Source of the DNA: a virus
Strand: one strand, 5' to 3'
IMG/VR virus record: IMGVR_UViG_3300008085_000023
Location: 1-64,000 of that record
Length of the DNA stretch: 64,000 nucleotides
The position numbers were made by a program, and so were the translations under genes. Under the pieces are notes generated by a model. It was not told the DNA's origin and did no database searches. It saw only the letters and a program-made list of their open reading frames with translations. The first letter of the stretch is position 1, and each line of letters begins with the position of its first letter. Shown here piece after piece: positions 39,708 to 49,447 of this stretch.

Positions 39708-39754
39708 AATAATTTCCTATTCTTAACTTCATAGAATTATTATACCATGGTTTG

Positions 39755-40609
39755 TCAAATTTGTACACCGTTATTTTTATAGGCATTGAGATACCCCTCG
39801 ACAATGAAGTATTCCTTTGAGAGTGTCCCATCCGTAAAGTAGTTGAATGAATTGACGGATGTTTCGACTGTCCTCCAAAAGTTTACTTCCTTGCCGTAGA
39901 TATTGAACACTTCAGCGCTATAAAAATCAGCAATCTTTTTATGTGTCTTTATGAACTCGGTATAGAAGCTTTCATACAGGTCGATATCCTGCTGCAACTC
40001 TTCTTGACGAGTGTCTGTAGAGATCCGACGAACATGAATGTATTTGACGTTATCGAATTTAGAAATATACTTCACCAACTCATCAAACTCAACGACGTTA
40101 TAACGGTTCAGTACAATAGAGACACGTACGTTATCTCCGCTCCTGGGTATAATATAATCCCAATCAGGTATATCACTTCGACCCATAATCTTTTTGTTAG
40201 TCTCGGGATTCAGACTGTGAATGGAATACCCAATCTCATCCTGCATTAGATCGATGAGGCACATCTTCTCCTGCGCTAAATATCCATTCGTTCGAACACC
40301 AACTGTAAAGCCATAGTGTTGAAGGTGGATCAACAAAGACCTAAGATGCTCGGACTTATATTGTAGTCCGTCAGCAGTCTGACCGGTGAGATATAATTTC
40401 GTTATGCCGTTCTTAGCACACTCTGACAGAAACTCATTGAAGTTTTTCCATTGCGTCCATGGGACATCCAATTGGTTCTTCCCTGCGAGCTCATTACAGA
40501 TATCCTTGCCGAGGCAAAAGTAGCAATTTGCATTGCATTGGCCCAGTAGGTTAATGTTTGCAAACGTTGGCGCTTTACGATTTCGATTCTTTTTGATTTC
40601 AATTTTCAT
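39755..40609 (-). CDS. Radical SAM enzyme
   Basis: CNANCYFC (CxxxCxxC), LTG...D, RTNG, YSIHS. Confidence 0.85.
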   Translation of the reverse strand: MKIEIKKNRNRKAPTFANINLLGQCNANCYFCLGKDICNELAGKNQLDVPWTQWKNFNEFLSECAKNGITKLYLTGQTADGLQYKSEHLRSLLIHLQHYGFTVGVRTNGYLAQEKMCLIDLMQDEIGYSIHSLNPETNKKIMGRSDIPDWDYIIPRSGDNVRVSIVLNRYNVVEFDELVKYISKFDNVKYIHVRRISTDTRQEELQQDIDLYESFYTEFIKTHKKIADFYSAEVFNIYGKEVNFWRTVETSVNSFNYFTDGTLSKEYFIVEGYLNAYKNNGVQI

Positions 40610-40610
40610 A

Positions 40611-40886
40611 TTAGTGCTTATATAAAGTGTAGAATGAATTCTTCGTCTTAAAACGAATATGATCGTTAGTAATTTCTAAGATCTCTGTGATTACCGTTGT
40701 GCACCACCAGTCCCTAGATGAAAACATCCCACCTGTAACTGTACCAATATATAATCCGAATCCCAAAAGCGATTCGGGATTTCCATCCCAACTATGCATA
40801 CTATCGCTCAGGTTCGCTGGTATAAGATTTAAGACAGAACCATAGTGTCCTTCGCCATCGCGATCTCTAACTAATCTTGCCATCAC
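40611..40886 (-). CDS. Hypothetical protein
   Basis: DWW.TT.ITEI....F.T.NS.Y.L phage motif. Confidence 0.6.
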   Translation of the reverse strand: MMARLVRDRDGEGHYGSVLNLIPANLSDSMHSWDGNPESLLGFGLYIGTVTGGMFSSRDWWCTTVITEILEITNDHIRFKTKNSFYTLYKH

Positions 40887-41079
40887 TCATCTCTTTCAAT
40901 ATTTCGTATAGTGATTTAACTTCAAAAAGTAAGAACAATTCGTGAGGCTTCACTCCCGGATGTTTCGACGATAGATACGTATTAGCATTACGCTTTCGAG
41001 TAAAACACAGTTCAGGATATACCAGCTTTTGTGTTGTTCGATTAACAATTAACCATTTATCCTTTGTGCACACTTTCAT
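40867..41079 (-). CDS. Hypothetical protein
   Basis: ORF in an early operon. Confidence 0.5.
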   Translation of the reverse strand: MKVCTKDKWLIVNRTTQKLVYPELCFTRKRNANTYLSSKHPGVKPHELFLLFEVKSLYEILKEMSDGKIS

Positions 41080-41272
41080 TTTACGAGACCCGTTGTGTAT
41101 AGTTGTAGTAGAGAGTCACTCCAATAGCCCACATGACACTGATGACCGGATTAATGTATATACACACCAACATCATGGCGAGTGTCTCAGGAGTGAACTG
41201 GAGAGCCGCCGTAGCGATTCGATATGCGAGTAATTGCAGCTTATTCATGTTTTTCTTTCTGTTGTTTGTAGA

Positions 41273-41470
41273 TTACCAGGATTCAGAGACCATGGGTTCT
41301 TTGCCTAAGGCGTTCGTTATGTCAGCCAATAATTCGTATACGATACCACGATCAATGGGGATTCGTTCATGAGCCTCATTAATTGTCCACGCTTCTTTAG
41401 GTGTAATCACATGCAGCACACTATGAATTGTAGCGCTGAAGCACTTGGGAGTGTCTGAATAGATATCCAT
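41273..41470 (-). CDS. Hypothetical protein
   Basis: ORF in an early operon. Confidence 0.5.
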   Translation of the reverse strand: MDIYSDTPKCFSATIHSVLHVITPKEAWTINEAHERIPIDRGIVYELLADITNALGKEPMVSESW

Positions 41471-41628
41471 TACAGAGCCGCCTTCTTCTGATTAATGTGG
41501 TAACATGCCGGAACCATCTGCTCAAGAGAGCGGAAGAATGCTGACGCAGTATCTCCATTGGCGATGCATTTCTGCATGCGTTCCACGATCTGGCGAGTTG
41601 TCATTTTCTTGGTCTTCATAGTTTTCTC

Positions 41629-41835
41629 CTACAGGTTAAACGCTTTCTTCAGCGCCGCTATTATTTCAATAGCTTTTTCTTTATCAACGTCAACAGACGT
41701 CTCAGTATCAGAACTGTAATGATCACATGCGTGTTCAGTGAATTCAAAATATGCATGATTATCGAAACGTTCCCAAATATCAATTGACAGTTTCAGTGTG
41801 CTTCCAATATCGACTTCGTTTTGTTCATTGGTCAT
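41629..41835 (-). CDS. Hypothetical protein
   Basis: Start reassigned to MTNEQ (GGAGG RBS), ATGA overlap with the upstream gene. Confidence 0.55.
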   Translation of the reverse strand: MTNEQNEVDIGSTLKLSIDIWERFDNHAYFEFTEHACDHYSSDTETSVDVDKEKAIEIIAALKKAFNL

Positions 41836-42155
41836 ATTGACCTCCGTTTTGCAGCATTGATAACTGCGGTAATTCTGTGGCGGCCGATCGGATTTGCCGA
41901 GTGGCAAAATGTTCCATCCTTGGGCCAGACATTATTCTCTTCCATCCAACATGCTACGATATAGCCCGTGTCATCGCCGCCGAGGTCATGGTCAAGTGAG
42001 CACTCAATAACATTCTGTGTTTTGAGAATCTCAATTGCCTCAGCGCTAGTCTTAGCGACAACCCAATCCCGAAGTCCAGAAAACACTGGATTGCGGATAT
42101 CATCCACGTATAGCCGTATTGGAGCTGTATTAGTTTTATTAACTTTAAAATTCAT
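41832..42155 (-). CDS. Cyclic-phosphate-processing receiver-like domain protein
   Basis: LYVDDIR, SLDHDLG..DTGY, HSANP.G; follows the early promoter at 42162-42190. Confidence 0.8.
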   Translation of the reverse strand: MNFKVNKTNTAPIRLYVDDIRNPVFSGLRDWVVAKTSAEAIEILKTQNVIECSLDHDLGGDDTGYIVACWMEENNVWPKDGTFCHSANPIGRHRITAVINAAKRRSI

Positions 42156-42204
42156 AGAATTATTATACCACACTTTCTAAATTCTGTACACCATTATTTT
42201 AACT

Positions 42205-42537
42205 CTACAGAAAGGCGTCAAATACGCGATTTAGAGTTGTCGTCGCTTGATCCTGATCGCGATCACAACTAAGGATCTCAAAATCGGGATACATGTCTAC
42301 GTCCTCGCCATCCCGGCGCCAACCTTTAAGCAGGTGAGCAGCTGCTGATTTGTGACCGGCGAAATAATCCTCTGCAGCCGAGACTGCACCATTGATGCTA
42401 TACGTCAGAACGCTGTGCTCGAGCCAACGACATCCTGTCGTAGTTTCATGAAAGAAGATAACCTCGATGTTATTCGGTTCTGATAGTACGCTCATTATAT
42501 GCTCCTGATTTCGCGAATAATGCCCTGGAAGTGCCAC
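42205..42537 (-). CDS. Hypothetical protein
   Basis: ORF in an early operon; true start is probably MSVLSE. Confidence 0.5.
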   Translation of the reverse strand: MALPGHYSRNQEHIMSVLSEPNNIEVIFFHETTTGCRWLEHSVLTYSINGAVSAAEDYFAGHKSAAAHLLKGWRRDGEDVDMYPDFEILSCDRDQDQATTTLNRVFDAFL

Positions 42538-42786
42538 ATAAAACGACGATCCTTTTTATATGCTAGGACATGTAGCATGGTCCGCCCGAATCTTGACGAT
42601 GCGAATTGTAATTGGCGATCGATACTCATGTTACGACTTCTTTACTTCTTCAGCCATACGCCGGGCATTCCGATGGATCTTGTTGGCCAAGGCCCGATCT
42701 TCCTGGGCCATCTTGTCAAGCTGCTTCTTCCATTGATTCGTCTTCATACTGTATCCCTTTGCTGTTACCGTTATTCCTCTGATATC

Positions 42787-42992
42787 ATTATAAACCAGTT
42801 CTCAGTAAAAGTACACCATTATTTTTCAGTTTTTAGCACTTTTTTGTTAAGTAGGGCTCCAGAAGGGACTTACACAATCACTTATTTTCGCGAAAAAAGG
42901 CCCTCAAGTGGTCCTGAATGAACACTGCATCTAAAATAGGGTTAAATTACACTAAATCAGGTACTTATGCATTCAGGACCACTTGAGGGCCT
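42787..42992 (-). promoter_or_regulatory. Early promoter plus two palindromes and a 23-bp perfect inverted repeat (cassette C)
   Basis: TGTACT-N17-TATAAT at 42787-42815; palindromes at 42848-42872 and 42943-42967; IR 42898-42920/42970-42992. Confidence 0.8.
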
Positions 42993-43035
42993 CGATTTGC
43001 CGTCAAATCGGTAGTTGTAGTTGTAGTTGTGGTTG

Positions 43036-43111
43036 TGGTAGGCTTAGTGGGAGTCGAACCCACGACCTGCAGAGTAGGAATCTGCTGCTCTGTCCTCTGA
43101 GCTATAAGCCT
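43036..43111 (-). tRNA. tRNA-Arg(CCT)
   Basis: Full cloverleaf; acceptor AGGCTTA/TAAGCCT; loop TT-CCT-AC; GGTTCGACTCC; encoded CCA. Confidence 0.93.
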
Positions 43112-43144
43112 ATAACGTGTTTACATCGTCATTAGTTGCTGTAT

Positions 43145-43345
43145 TCATCGCCAAAATCCTCCAAACAGTTCTTCAAAACCAGTAGGATATGCCGGAGCTT
43201 TCGTGTGTTCAGAACTCTTACTTGTATCCCATACCACCTCAACGAGTCGCTTCAGTTGAGATACCGGTAGTGACACACGTCCCTTGCCGATCAACTTATT
43301 TTGATCAGCAATATAATTCCACATCTGTTGTTTGTTCGTTATCAT
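43145..43345 (-). CDS. Hypothetical protein between the tRNAs
   Basis: MITNKQQ...GFEELFGGFWR; upstream extension of the ORF overlaps tRNA-Pro. Confidence 0.5.
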   Translation of the reverse strand: MITNKQQMWNYIADQNKLIGKGRVSLPVSQLKRLVEVVWDTSKSSEHTKAPAYPTGFEELFGGFWR

Positions 43346-43352
43346 AATAAAA

Positions 43353-43430
43353 TGGTCGGAGTAGAGGGATTCGAACCCCCGGCCCTCGCGTCCCAAACGC
43401 GATGCGCTAACCAGACTGCGCTATACTCCG
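43353..43430 (-). tRNA. tRNA-Pro(TGG)
   Basis: CGGAGTA...TCGCG-TTTGGGA-CGCGA...GGTTCGAATCC...TACTCCG-ACCA. Confidence 0.95.
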
Positions 43431-43461
43431 TAAAAAGGTGAGGGCCCCGAAGGGAAGAGCA

Positions 43462-43532
43462 ATTGAATATGGGGATTCGAACCTCATGATTCCAGCTAAA
43501 CGCTGGTGTCTTGCCAATTAGACGAATTCATT
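43462..43532 (-). ncRNA. tRNA-like element 2 with a 5-nt anticodon loop, within a larger RNA (~43437-43694)
   Basis: D arm GTCT-AATTGGCA-AGAC; CCAGC-GTTTA-GCTGG; GGTTCGAATCC T loop; no CCA; late promoter at 43710-43717. Confidence 0.7.
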
Positions 43533-43861
43533 ACCTGTTTTTTAACATTGCCGTGTTACGTCACGGGTATCTCTTAAGGACAAACTATCAGGGCGGCAAC
43601 CCTTACACGTTCCTCCAACCACTCAAAAATCAACATTTACCGGATGACCCCTAATCCATCGTCTCCGATATCGACCTCATCTCTTGGCCCTACCACTGTT
43701 CTGTTATAATATTTATATATCAAATTGGCTCGGATTATATTATTTTACATGGTAACCCGAGAAGACCCATGAACTTTTAGGATGATCTTTCTGCAACTTT
43801 CGCGATTGGACCTGTTCGTACTCGTTCATCCTTGTTGCAACACAGCTTGTTCGCTGTAAGA

Positions 43862-44065
43862 TTAATCTTCGATTGTACACCATCCGGCAACAGCACCGAC
43901 TGGTGGGATGAAAACTCCCACGCCCCGAATCGTCTCGGCCTTAAATGGCGCTTCAAAATCGCACTGGCAAACCTTAACTACATTCATCACCCAACCACTC
44001 ACAAATAGGCACACCAATAACATCGGCACCAACATAATCACTGTCTTCATAATCTTCTCTCTCAC
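43862..44065 (-). CDS. Small membrane protein
   Basis: Hydrophobic N-terminus; GW..N..K...CDF..P.KAE.IR.VG motif; early promoter at 44086-44114. Confidence 0.6.
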   Translation of the reverse strand: MREKIMKTVIMLVPMLLVCLFVSGWVMNVVKVCQCDFEAPFKAETIRGVGVFIPPVGAVAGWCTIED

Positions 44066-44137
44066 TGTTAATTTATTATGGTACTAATATACCATAGTCT
44101 ATCAGATTTGTACACCATTATTTTCAGACTCGAATGC

Positions 44138-44356
44138 TTATCTTATGAGATCAACGCACTCGCCGAAGTACTTGTCGAATACCTGAATCAAATTCTCATA
44201 ATCGCTTGTCGTCATTTCAGTGACGATAGCAGCACCATCAAGGTCCATGCGTTTTGCAAAACGCTTTGCTGCTCCTATCAAACAAAAGGCATTACCCTCA
44301 GGTCCACTGAGATCAATCGTCAGCTTGGTGTTCGGATGCTCTGTTAAAATTGCCAT
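44138..44356 (-). CDS. Conserved phage hypothetical protein
   Basis: IDL.GP.GNAF.L.G...EM...DYE.L...FD..FG. Confidence 0.7.
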   Translation of the reverse strand: MAILTEHPNTKLTIDLSGPEGNAFCLIGAAKRFAKRMDLDGAAIVTEMTTSDYENLIQVFDKYFGECVDLIR

Positions 44357-44370
44357 TGCGTCTTCCCTCT

Positions 44371-44832
44371 TTACTTAATGTTATTAGCTACTGCAGCTTT
44401 ATGGGCTGCCATATCAGCTGCCAGCAATTTTGCAACCTTCTTGGACTTAATCAAATCCAAAGTGGCTGCGACTTCTTCCTCAGTGAATTCCAGGGTAAGG
44501 AAAGCCCAAGTGCCCCGTTTCCCACCCCTGACGATGAATCCTGGTGAGCAACCGCAGCTGCATCCAGCCTTCTGTGAAAACCACACATTTTTCAGAGGAA
44601 CATCGAAGTGTTCTACGAGACCGGCATAGACGATCTTATTCGTAAAGCGGGTAAGAGCGCCCCACGCCTTGGACTTAACTTTTAGTTCCCAGATCTCGTT
44701 AGCCATGAACCACTTATCGATGATGGATCGAATATCCATGTTATCATCACTGCAGGACACCATCACCTTGCAGTGATTAAAACTGCGTTCTTGATAATTC
44801 CGCTCACGCTGATCGACGTTGACTACCTTCAT
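44371..44832 (-). CDS. Hypothetical protein with AGCSCGCSPGF motif
   Basis: First gene after cassette D. Confidence 0.65.
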   Translation of the reverse strand: MKVVNVDQRERNYQERSFNHCKVMVSCSDDNMDIRSIIDKWFMANEIWELKVKSKAWGALTRFTNKIVYAGLVEHFDVPLKNVWFSQKAGCSCGCSPGFIVRGGKRGTWAFLTLEFTEEEVAATLDLIKSKKVAKLLAADMAAHKAAVANNIK

Positions 44833-44879
44833 AACTGTTGCTCCATTAGCTTCTTTGTAACTGTAACCCTCATAGAATT

Positions 44880-44964
44880 ATTATACCACAGATTCGTACT
44901 AAAGTACACCATTATTTTCGGTTTTCAGCACTTTTTTGCTAAGTATGGCTAGATCAGTCCTTTA
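44880..44964 (-). promoter_or_regulatory. Early promoter plus upstream palindrome (cassette D)
   Basis: TGTACT-N17-TATAAT at 44880-44908; TAAG-N17-TTTA at 44940-44964. Confidence 0.8.
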
Positions 44965-45099
44965 TGCATAGAAGCCCCTCGGGCCTTCAGGAGGCCGTTG
45001 GGGCTCTAGATCCATATAATCACCCTCAATTTGCTGAAAAGTGATCCTGAGGGTGATTAGAAGCTTGGATCAGGCTATATGTTCCTTATGTTGTGTTTG

Positions 45100-45501
45100 T
45101 TATTGATTGATATGATCTGCATATTCCAATCCTAAAGGGCGGATGTCAGATCTACGGAAATTTGCACGTTGAATTTCCTGAGCTGCGCGATAGCCTATTT
45201 CTCGGCCAACGTGCTCGATGGCAACGTGATCATCGCCATGCATGAAACCGTACTCTAAAATTGCAGAATCGATGTCGATGCATACACGAAGCTTAGGATA
45301 AGAATGATTGACACGACGCACTTCGACTGAACAAAGCTTACGTGATATTTCAGCAACCCTTTCCCCTAGCTCATCAGAATCCCGCTTCATAATTTGTAGA
45401 GAGCTTTCCGCGCGCCGTAATTGATTACGAGTATCTAAATAGAGATCACTCTTCCGTGCCAGCCAATTCAGTAATCGTTTGTGTGTTTTTGTTTTCTTCA
45501 T
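45100..45501 (-). CDS. Hypothetical protein
   Basis: ORF downstream of the helicase. Confidence 0.55.
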   Translation of the reverse strand: MKKTKTHKRLLNWLARKSDLYLDTRNQLRRAESSLQIMKRDSDELGERVAEISRKLCSVEVRRVNHSYPKLRVCIDIDSAILEYGFMHGDDHVAIEHVGREIGYRAAQEIQRANFRRSDIRPLGLEYADHINQ

Positions 45502-45533
45502 GTCATATCCATTTGTTTTCTGATGATTATTCT

Positions 45534-46910
45534 TTACATTTTGAATTCGCTGTAGTCCGGCTCATCGGTTGTAGCAGTGAATGACGTATCGCCCGACAAC
45601 ACATCGGTCTGAGCTGATTCCTCAGCATCATATAGGCGCATCTTGGCGCGTTCCATTCCCAACACAAAGCGACGGTAATAGGCTACGTCATTATATCGAT
45701 TCTTAAGTTGTTTGACCAATATTTGATCTAACTCTTCAAGCTCTTCTGTAGTGATCAAAGCCAACATTAAATCTGCTGTAGCGGGTAGGCCAAAGGACTC
45801 AGACGTATTGGTGATATCGACATCCGAAGAATTCATACCATCACGGTTAGTTTGCGTAGCCGACCACATGATCGTATCGGTTTCAATTGCCAGGCCTCGA
45901 AGCTCTTCAGCAATCGCCTTGATATAGCCGTATGAACCAATGGATCCACCCATTCCCTTAATACGAGATGAGGCGCAGATGTTAATGTAATCGATTAAGA
46001 TTACGTCAGGAATAAAATCCTTTTTCAACTTCAGTTCAGAAAGCAATGCTCTAAAATGTCCTGCATGCGCTGCAGCCGTCGGGTATTCCTTGATAATCAG
46101 TCGGCCGGACGAAGTTGTGCGGATCTTGTGGATTGCTTTATTGAATTCACCTTTGGTTAGAGAAGCAATTTCGTTGATGTTGACGTCAAATAGATTGGCA
46201 TCAATACGTTCAGCGATTTTCTCCTCACTCATTTCCATGGTGATGTATAGGCAATTAATACCTTGAGTTATATATGCTGCAGCAAGGTGACACAGTGTCA
46301 TACTCTTACCTGTGCCGGTACCTCCAAGAAAGATGTTTAGTGTTTTCCTTTTAACACCTCCACCAGTGATCTTATTAAGCATCTCTAAATCGAAAGGCAC
46401 CTTGTTCTCCGGGGTGTGGTAGTATTCAAAACGCTTGTCTGAATTTTCCATGTAGTCATGACCAATGTCACGATCGAAACCCACACCCAATGCTTGTTGA
46501 AGCATATCAGGAATAGCGCTGGGTAACATCTCAGCGTTATTTCCGTTGATGATTTCAATTGACTTAAGGACAGCCAAATAAACAGCTCGATCCTGACACC
46601 ACTTCTCTGTGGTTTCAACGAGCCATGTCATATCCGTAGATCGTTCGTCATCCGTTATAGTGAATGCTCGCTTAATATAAGCATGAATTTCTTGTGCTTG
46701 CTCGGGATGAGATTCAAGTTGAGAGAATTCATACTCCATAGTAGAGCAATTGGGCATCGTATTATATTTGGTGACAAACTTTACGAGCAGGTCAAATACA
46801 AATCTGGCATGGCCATCAAAGTATTCTTTCTTGAGGAATAGCAATACTGTTCGGCAGTACTCCTCATTCGCTACAATATTTTTAATTACTAATTCGCTAA
46901 TATCTTCCAT
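45534..46910 (-). CDS. gp41: Replicative DNA helicase gp41
   Basis: Walker A GGTGTGKS, YITMEMSEEKIAERIDAN, KEYPT, DYINIC, SATQTNR, SESFGLPATAD, KQLKNRY. Confidence 0.97.
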   Translation of the reverse strand: MEDISELVIKNIVANEEYCRTVLLFLKKEYFDGHARFVFDLLVKFVTKYNTMPNCSTMEYEFSQLESHPEQAQEIHAYIKRAFTITDDERSTDMTWLVETTEKWCQDRAVYLAVLKSIEIINGNNAEMLPSAIPDMLQQALGVGFDRDIGHDYMENSDKRFEYYHTPENKVPFDLEMLNKITGGGVKRKTLNIFLGGTGTGKSMTLCHLAAAYITQGINCLYITMEMSEEKIAERIDANLFDVNINEIASLTKGEFNKAIHKIRTTSSGRLIIKEYPTAAAHAGHFRALLSELKLKKDFIPDVILIDYINICASSRIKGMGGSIGSYGYIKAIAEELRGLAIETDTIMWSATQTNRDGMNSSDVDITNTSESFGLPATADLMLALITTEELEELDQILVKQLKNRYNDVAYYRRFVLGMERAKMRLYDAEESAQTDVLSGDTSFTATTDEPDYSEFKM

Positions 46911-47091
46911 ATGTCTATTATACCATATCGTCGGTTAGATGTACACTATTCAATTTCGTAACTCTCTACGGTTACCAAACTATAATTAGATTCGAGTTGT
47001 TGGCGATGGGTGTGAGCCGATGACTCATCATCCCATACACCTTCAACATTCATTGTAGAGCCATTGCCATCGCGGCCGAGTACTAAATGAA

Positions 47092-47448
47092 TCACTGCTT
47101 TACTTTCTCAACATCCTTTTCATCAATCATCTGAGATATCGACTTAACGACGATATCAGCAAGAAGCTGATGAAATGCAGGATCACATTCAATCGATTCT
47201 TTCGTCTTGCATGATCGGCCGATTATGGTACCATAATCGGGAATTTCGAGAATGTTAAATTCGATGTGCATCGGGACATTACCATTCTGATCTTCAATGG
47301 AATCACCTTCCATTGTTGGGAAACTCACGGCGCCTATTTGAAATAGCACGCCCTTAAACTCTCCTGATTCACACCGCATCTTAGCGAATGGGTGTCCGGT
47401 CTTTTCATCAATTTGCTCGGTGGGTATTACTGTGATTTGCTCCATCAT
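47092..47448 (-). CDS. Possible gp40-like head vertex assembly chaperone
   Basis: Synteny uvsX-40-41 and similar size; G.FKGV...G.V.F motif. Confidence 0.5.
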   Translation of the reverse strand: MMEQITVIPTEQIDEKTGHPFAKMRCESGEFKGVLFQIGAVSFPTMEGDSIEDQNGNVPMHIEFNILEIPDYGTIIGRSCKTKESIECDPAFHQLLADIVVKSISQMIDEKDVEKVKQ

Positions 47449-47449
47449 T

Positions 47450-48499
47450 TTATATGTCCTCTTCTTCGTATTGTGCCATGGCAACCTCGCCGATAGTGTA
47501 ACGTTCCTTGATCCACTGTAGGAACTGTGCGTTAGTTAATAGCGGCTGCCAGAATTCTGCACAGTGAGTCTTATTTTCACTGCAAATTTTGCCGACTGGT
47601 TTATCACCACCCGGAGTATCAACAACGGTGTAGTAACCTTTCTTGGGCTTCATAACCCAACCTGATTCTAGACCAACTTCAAGGAGGCCCGACCATTTCA
47701 TGATCCCGCCTTCCCATGATACAGAGATAGGAATCTTCGACTTCTCTTTAACGAATCGAGATTTCTCGATGTTAATGATGAAGTGGTATCCCTTAATCTC
47801 AACACCCTGCTTATCCTGACGACGTCCAATAATCCAGATGTTATTCGCTGAATAATATATGCCTGTTCCACCAGAAACAACATCAGTACTAAACATTTCC
47901 TGCGTCTTATACGTGTGATTCACTGCGATCATTGGGATGTTTTTCGTTTGAAGGTAGGGTGTTACCATTCGGAAGAGACCTTTAAGCGCCTTGGCTCTAG
48001 TCATATCAGCTTTGCTACTCTCGGACAAAGCGTCTTCCAATTCCTTTTTAGATGCTAGGTTACCAATTGAATCAATGATGATGATAACGTCTTCCTTGTT
48101 TTCCAGCGTTTCGAGCTGATGAACAAGGTCGAATTTCAATTCTTCGATATTCATAATAGGAACATGCAACACTCGTTCAGTGTCGATACCAAAAGCGTTA
48201 AAGTACGCCTGGGGTGTTCCGAATTCAGAATCATAGAACATCAACACAGATTCGGGATGTGCCTTCAAATATGACGCGGCCATCAACAAAGCGAAGCTCG
48301 TTTTGAAATGCTTACTCGGTCCTGCAAGCATCGTCAGCCCAGGTCCAATACCTCCATCGATGGAACCACTAAGCGCAACGTTAATCATTGGAACTGAGGT
48401 GGGCGTCAGAGGTACGTCGTTGAAGTATACTGACGTTGCAAGACCATCCGTCTTTGAGAGTTTTGAACTCTTCTTTAATTTGGCTAGTAATGATCCCAT
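47450..48499 (-). CDS. uvsX: RecA-like recombinase UvsX
   Basis: N.ALSG, AGPSKHFKT, FYDSEFG, DSIGNLASKKE.EDA, ADMTRAK, EKSRFVKEK. Confidence 0.97.
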   Translation of the reverse strand: MGSLLAKLKKSSKLSKTDGLATSVYFNDVPLTPTSVPMINVALSGSIDGGIGPGLTMLAGPSKHFKTSFALLMAASYLKAHPESVLMFYDSEFGTPQAYFNAFGIDTERVLHVPIMNIEELKFDLVHQLETLENKEDVIIIIDSIGNLASKKELEDALSESSKADMTRAKALKGLFRMVTPYLQTKNIPMIAVNHTYKTQEMFSTDVVSGGTGIYYSANNIWIIGRRQDKQGVEIKGYHFIINIEKSRFVKEKSKIPISVSWEGGIMKWSGLLEVGLESGWVMKPKKGYYTVVDTPGGDKPVGKICSENKTHCAEFWQPLLTNAQFLQWIKERYTIGEVAMAQYEEEDI

Positions 48500-48661
48500 G
48501 TTATTTTGTTCCTTTATATATGTGTTCTTTCATCTTATCTTTCTGTTGTTTTGACGCCCAATTAATTGCGTCAAAGCGCTCGTCGTAAATCTTTCGATTG
48601 GAAATGCGTTCTGCATCACCTTTCCCAGCCCCTGTGGCATTGCGTTCCTGACTTGTACTCA

Positions 48662-48874
48662 TTATGCTTGGCAATAAATTTTTGTCTCATCTAGTTTAGG
48701 CGGCCAACTGCCGCCGCTCGTATGGTATGAGCCTATGAGCTCAACATCGTTGATGCCACCACCCCGACACCCTTTATGCGCGGATAACCACTCCTTATGT
48801 AGGGCCAATTCTTCGGCGGCTGTCTCTTGGCGAATTGCAATCGCTGCTCCGCATGAACATGTATCATTAATCAT
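48662..48874 (-). CDS. Hypothetical protein
   Basis: TCSCGA...H..C motif. Confidence 0.5.
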   Translation of the reverse strand: MINDTCSCGAAIAIRQETAAEELALHKEWLSAHKGCRGGGINDVELIGSYHTSGGSWPPKLDETKIYCQA

Positions 48875-48885
48875 AGTTGTTTCCT

Positions 48886-49446
48886 TTATACGAGCTTCAA
48901 ATAAAGCTCAGCAGTTTTCCGCGCATCATACATTGCATCATGCGCATCGTCTTCGTTGAACTCAATTCCAGCAAATTCACATAACGATTTGAGAGTGAAT
49001 GCGGATGTTACCCTGGCGTCTCGTAGAATCCATGCTGCTACACGATAGAGACACAGCGATGGGCGCCAAAAATAGCTGCCATACATATAATCCATGGGTG
49101 TATTATCAAACCACTTGCTGACAAAGTCTTCGTCGAAAACTGAATTGTACGCAACGAATTGCATCTTATCTTTGGGATTAAAGCGGTCGGCGTACTTGTC
49201 AAGGAACTTCGTATAGATCTTAAATGCATCGTCTGACGAGAGTTCTCGACTATAAAGCTCTTCCATAGTGATGTGTGATTTCTCTAATGCTGCCTGTTCG
49301 TAATCAAGCTTAGCAGGCCTAAACTTTAGATCAATTAAATCAATCTCTACGTCCTTATCATCCAAGACAATGCATGACAACTGGTGAACGGTGTGGATTT
49401 CTGGATCGAGGCCTGTGGTCTCAGTATCAGTGATGCATTTAATCAT
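48886..49446 (-). CDS. DEDDh 3'-5' exonuclease (DnaQ-like)
   Basis: DTETTGL, AYN..FD, AHDAMYD. Confidence 0.9.
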   Translation of the reverse strand: MIKCITDTETTGLDPEIHTVHQLSCIVLDDKDVEIDLIDLKFRPAKLDYEQAALEKSHITMEELYSRELSSDDAFKIYTKFLDKYADRFNPKDKMQFVAYNSVFDEDFVSKWFDNTPMDYMYGSYFWRPSLCLYRVAAWILRDARVTSAFTLKSLCEFAGIEFNEDDAHDAMYDARKTAELYLKLV

Positions 49447-49447
49447 G

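Noticed and set aside
37146-43532. Calling the two tRNA-like elements functional tRNAs (e.g. Asn/Lys)
   Set aside because: Anticodon loops are 5 nt or lack U33/purine 37, acceptor stems are mismatched and there is no CCA, unlike the two real tRNAs
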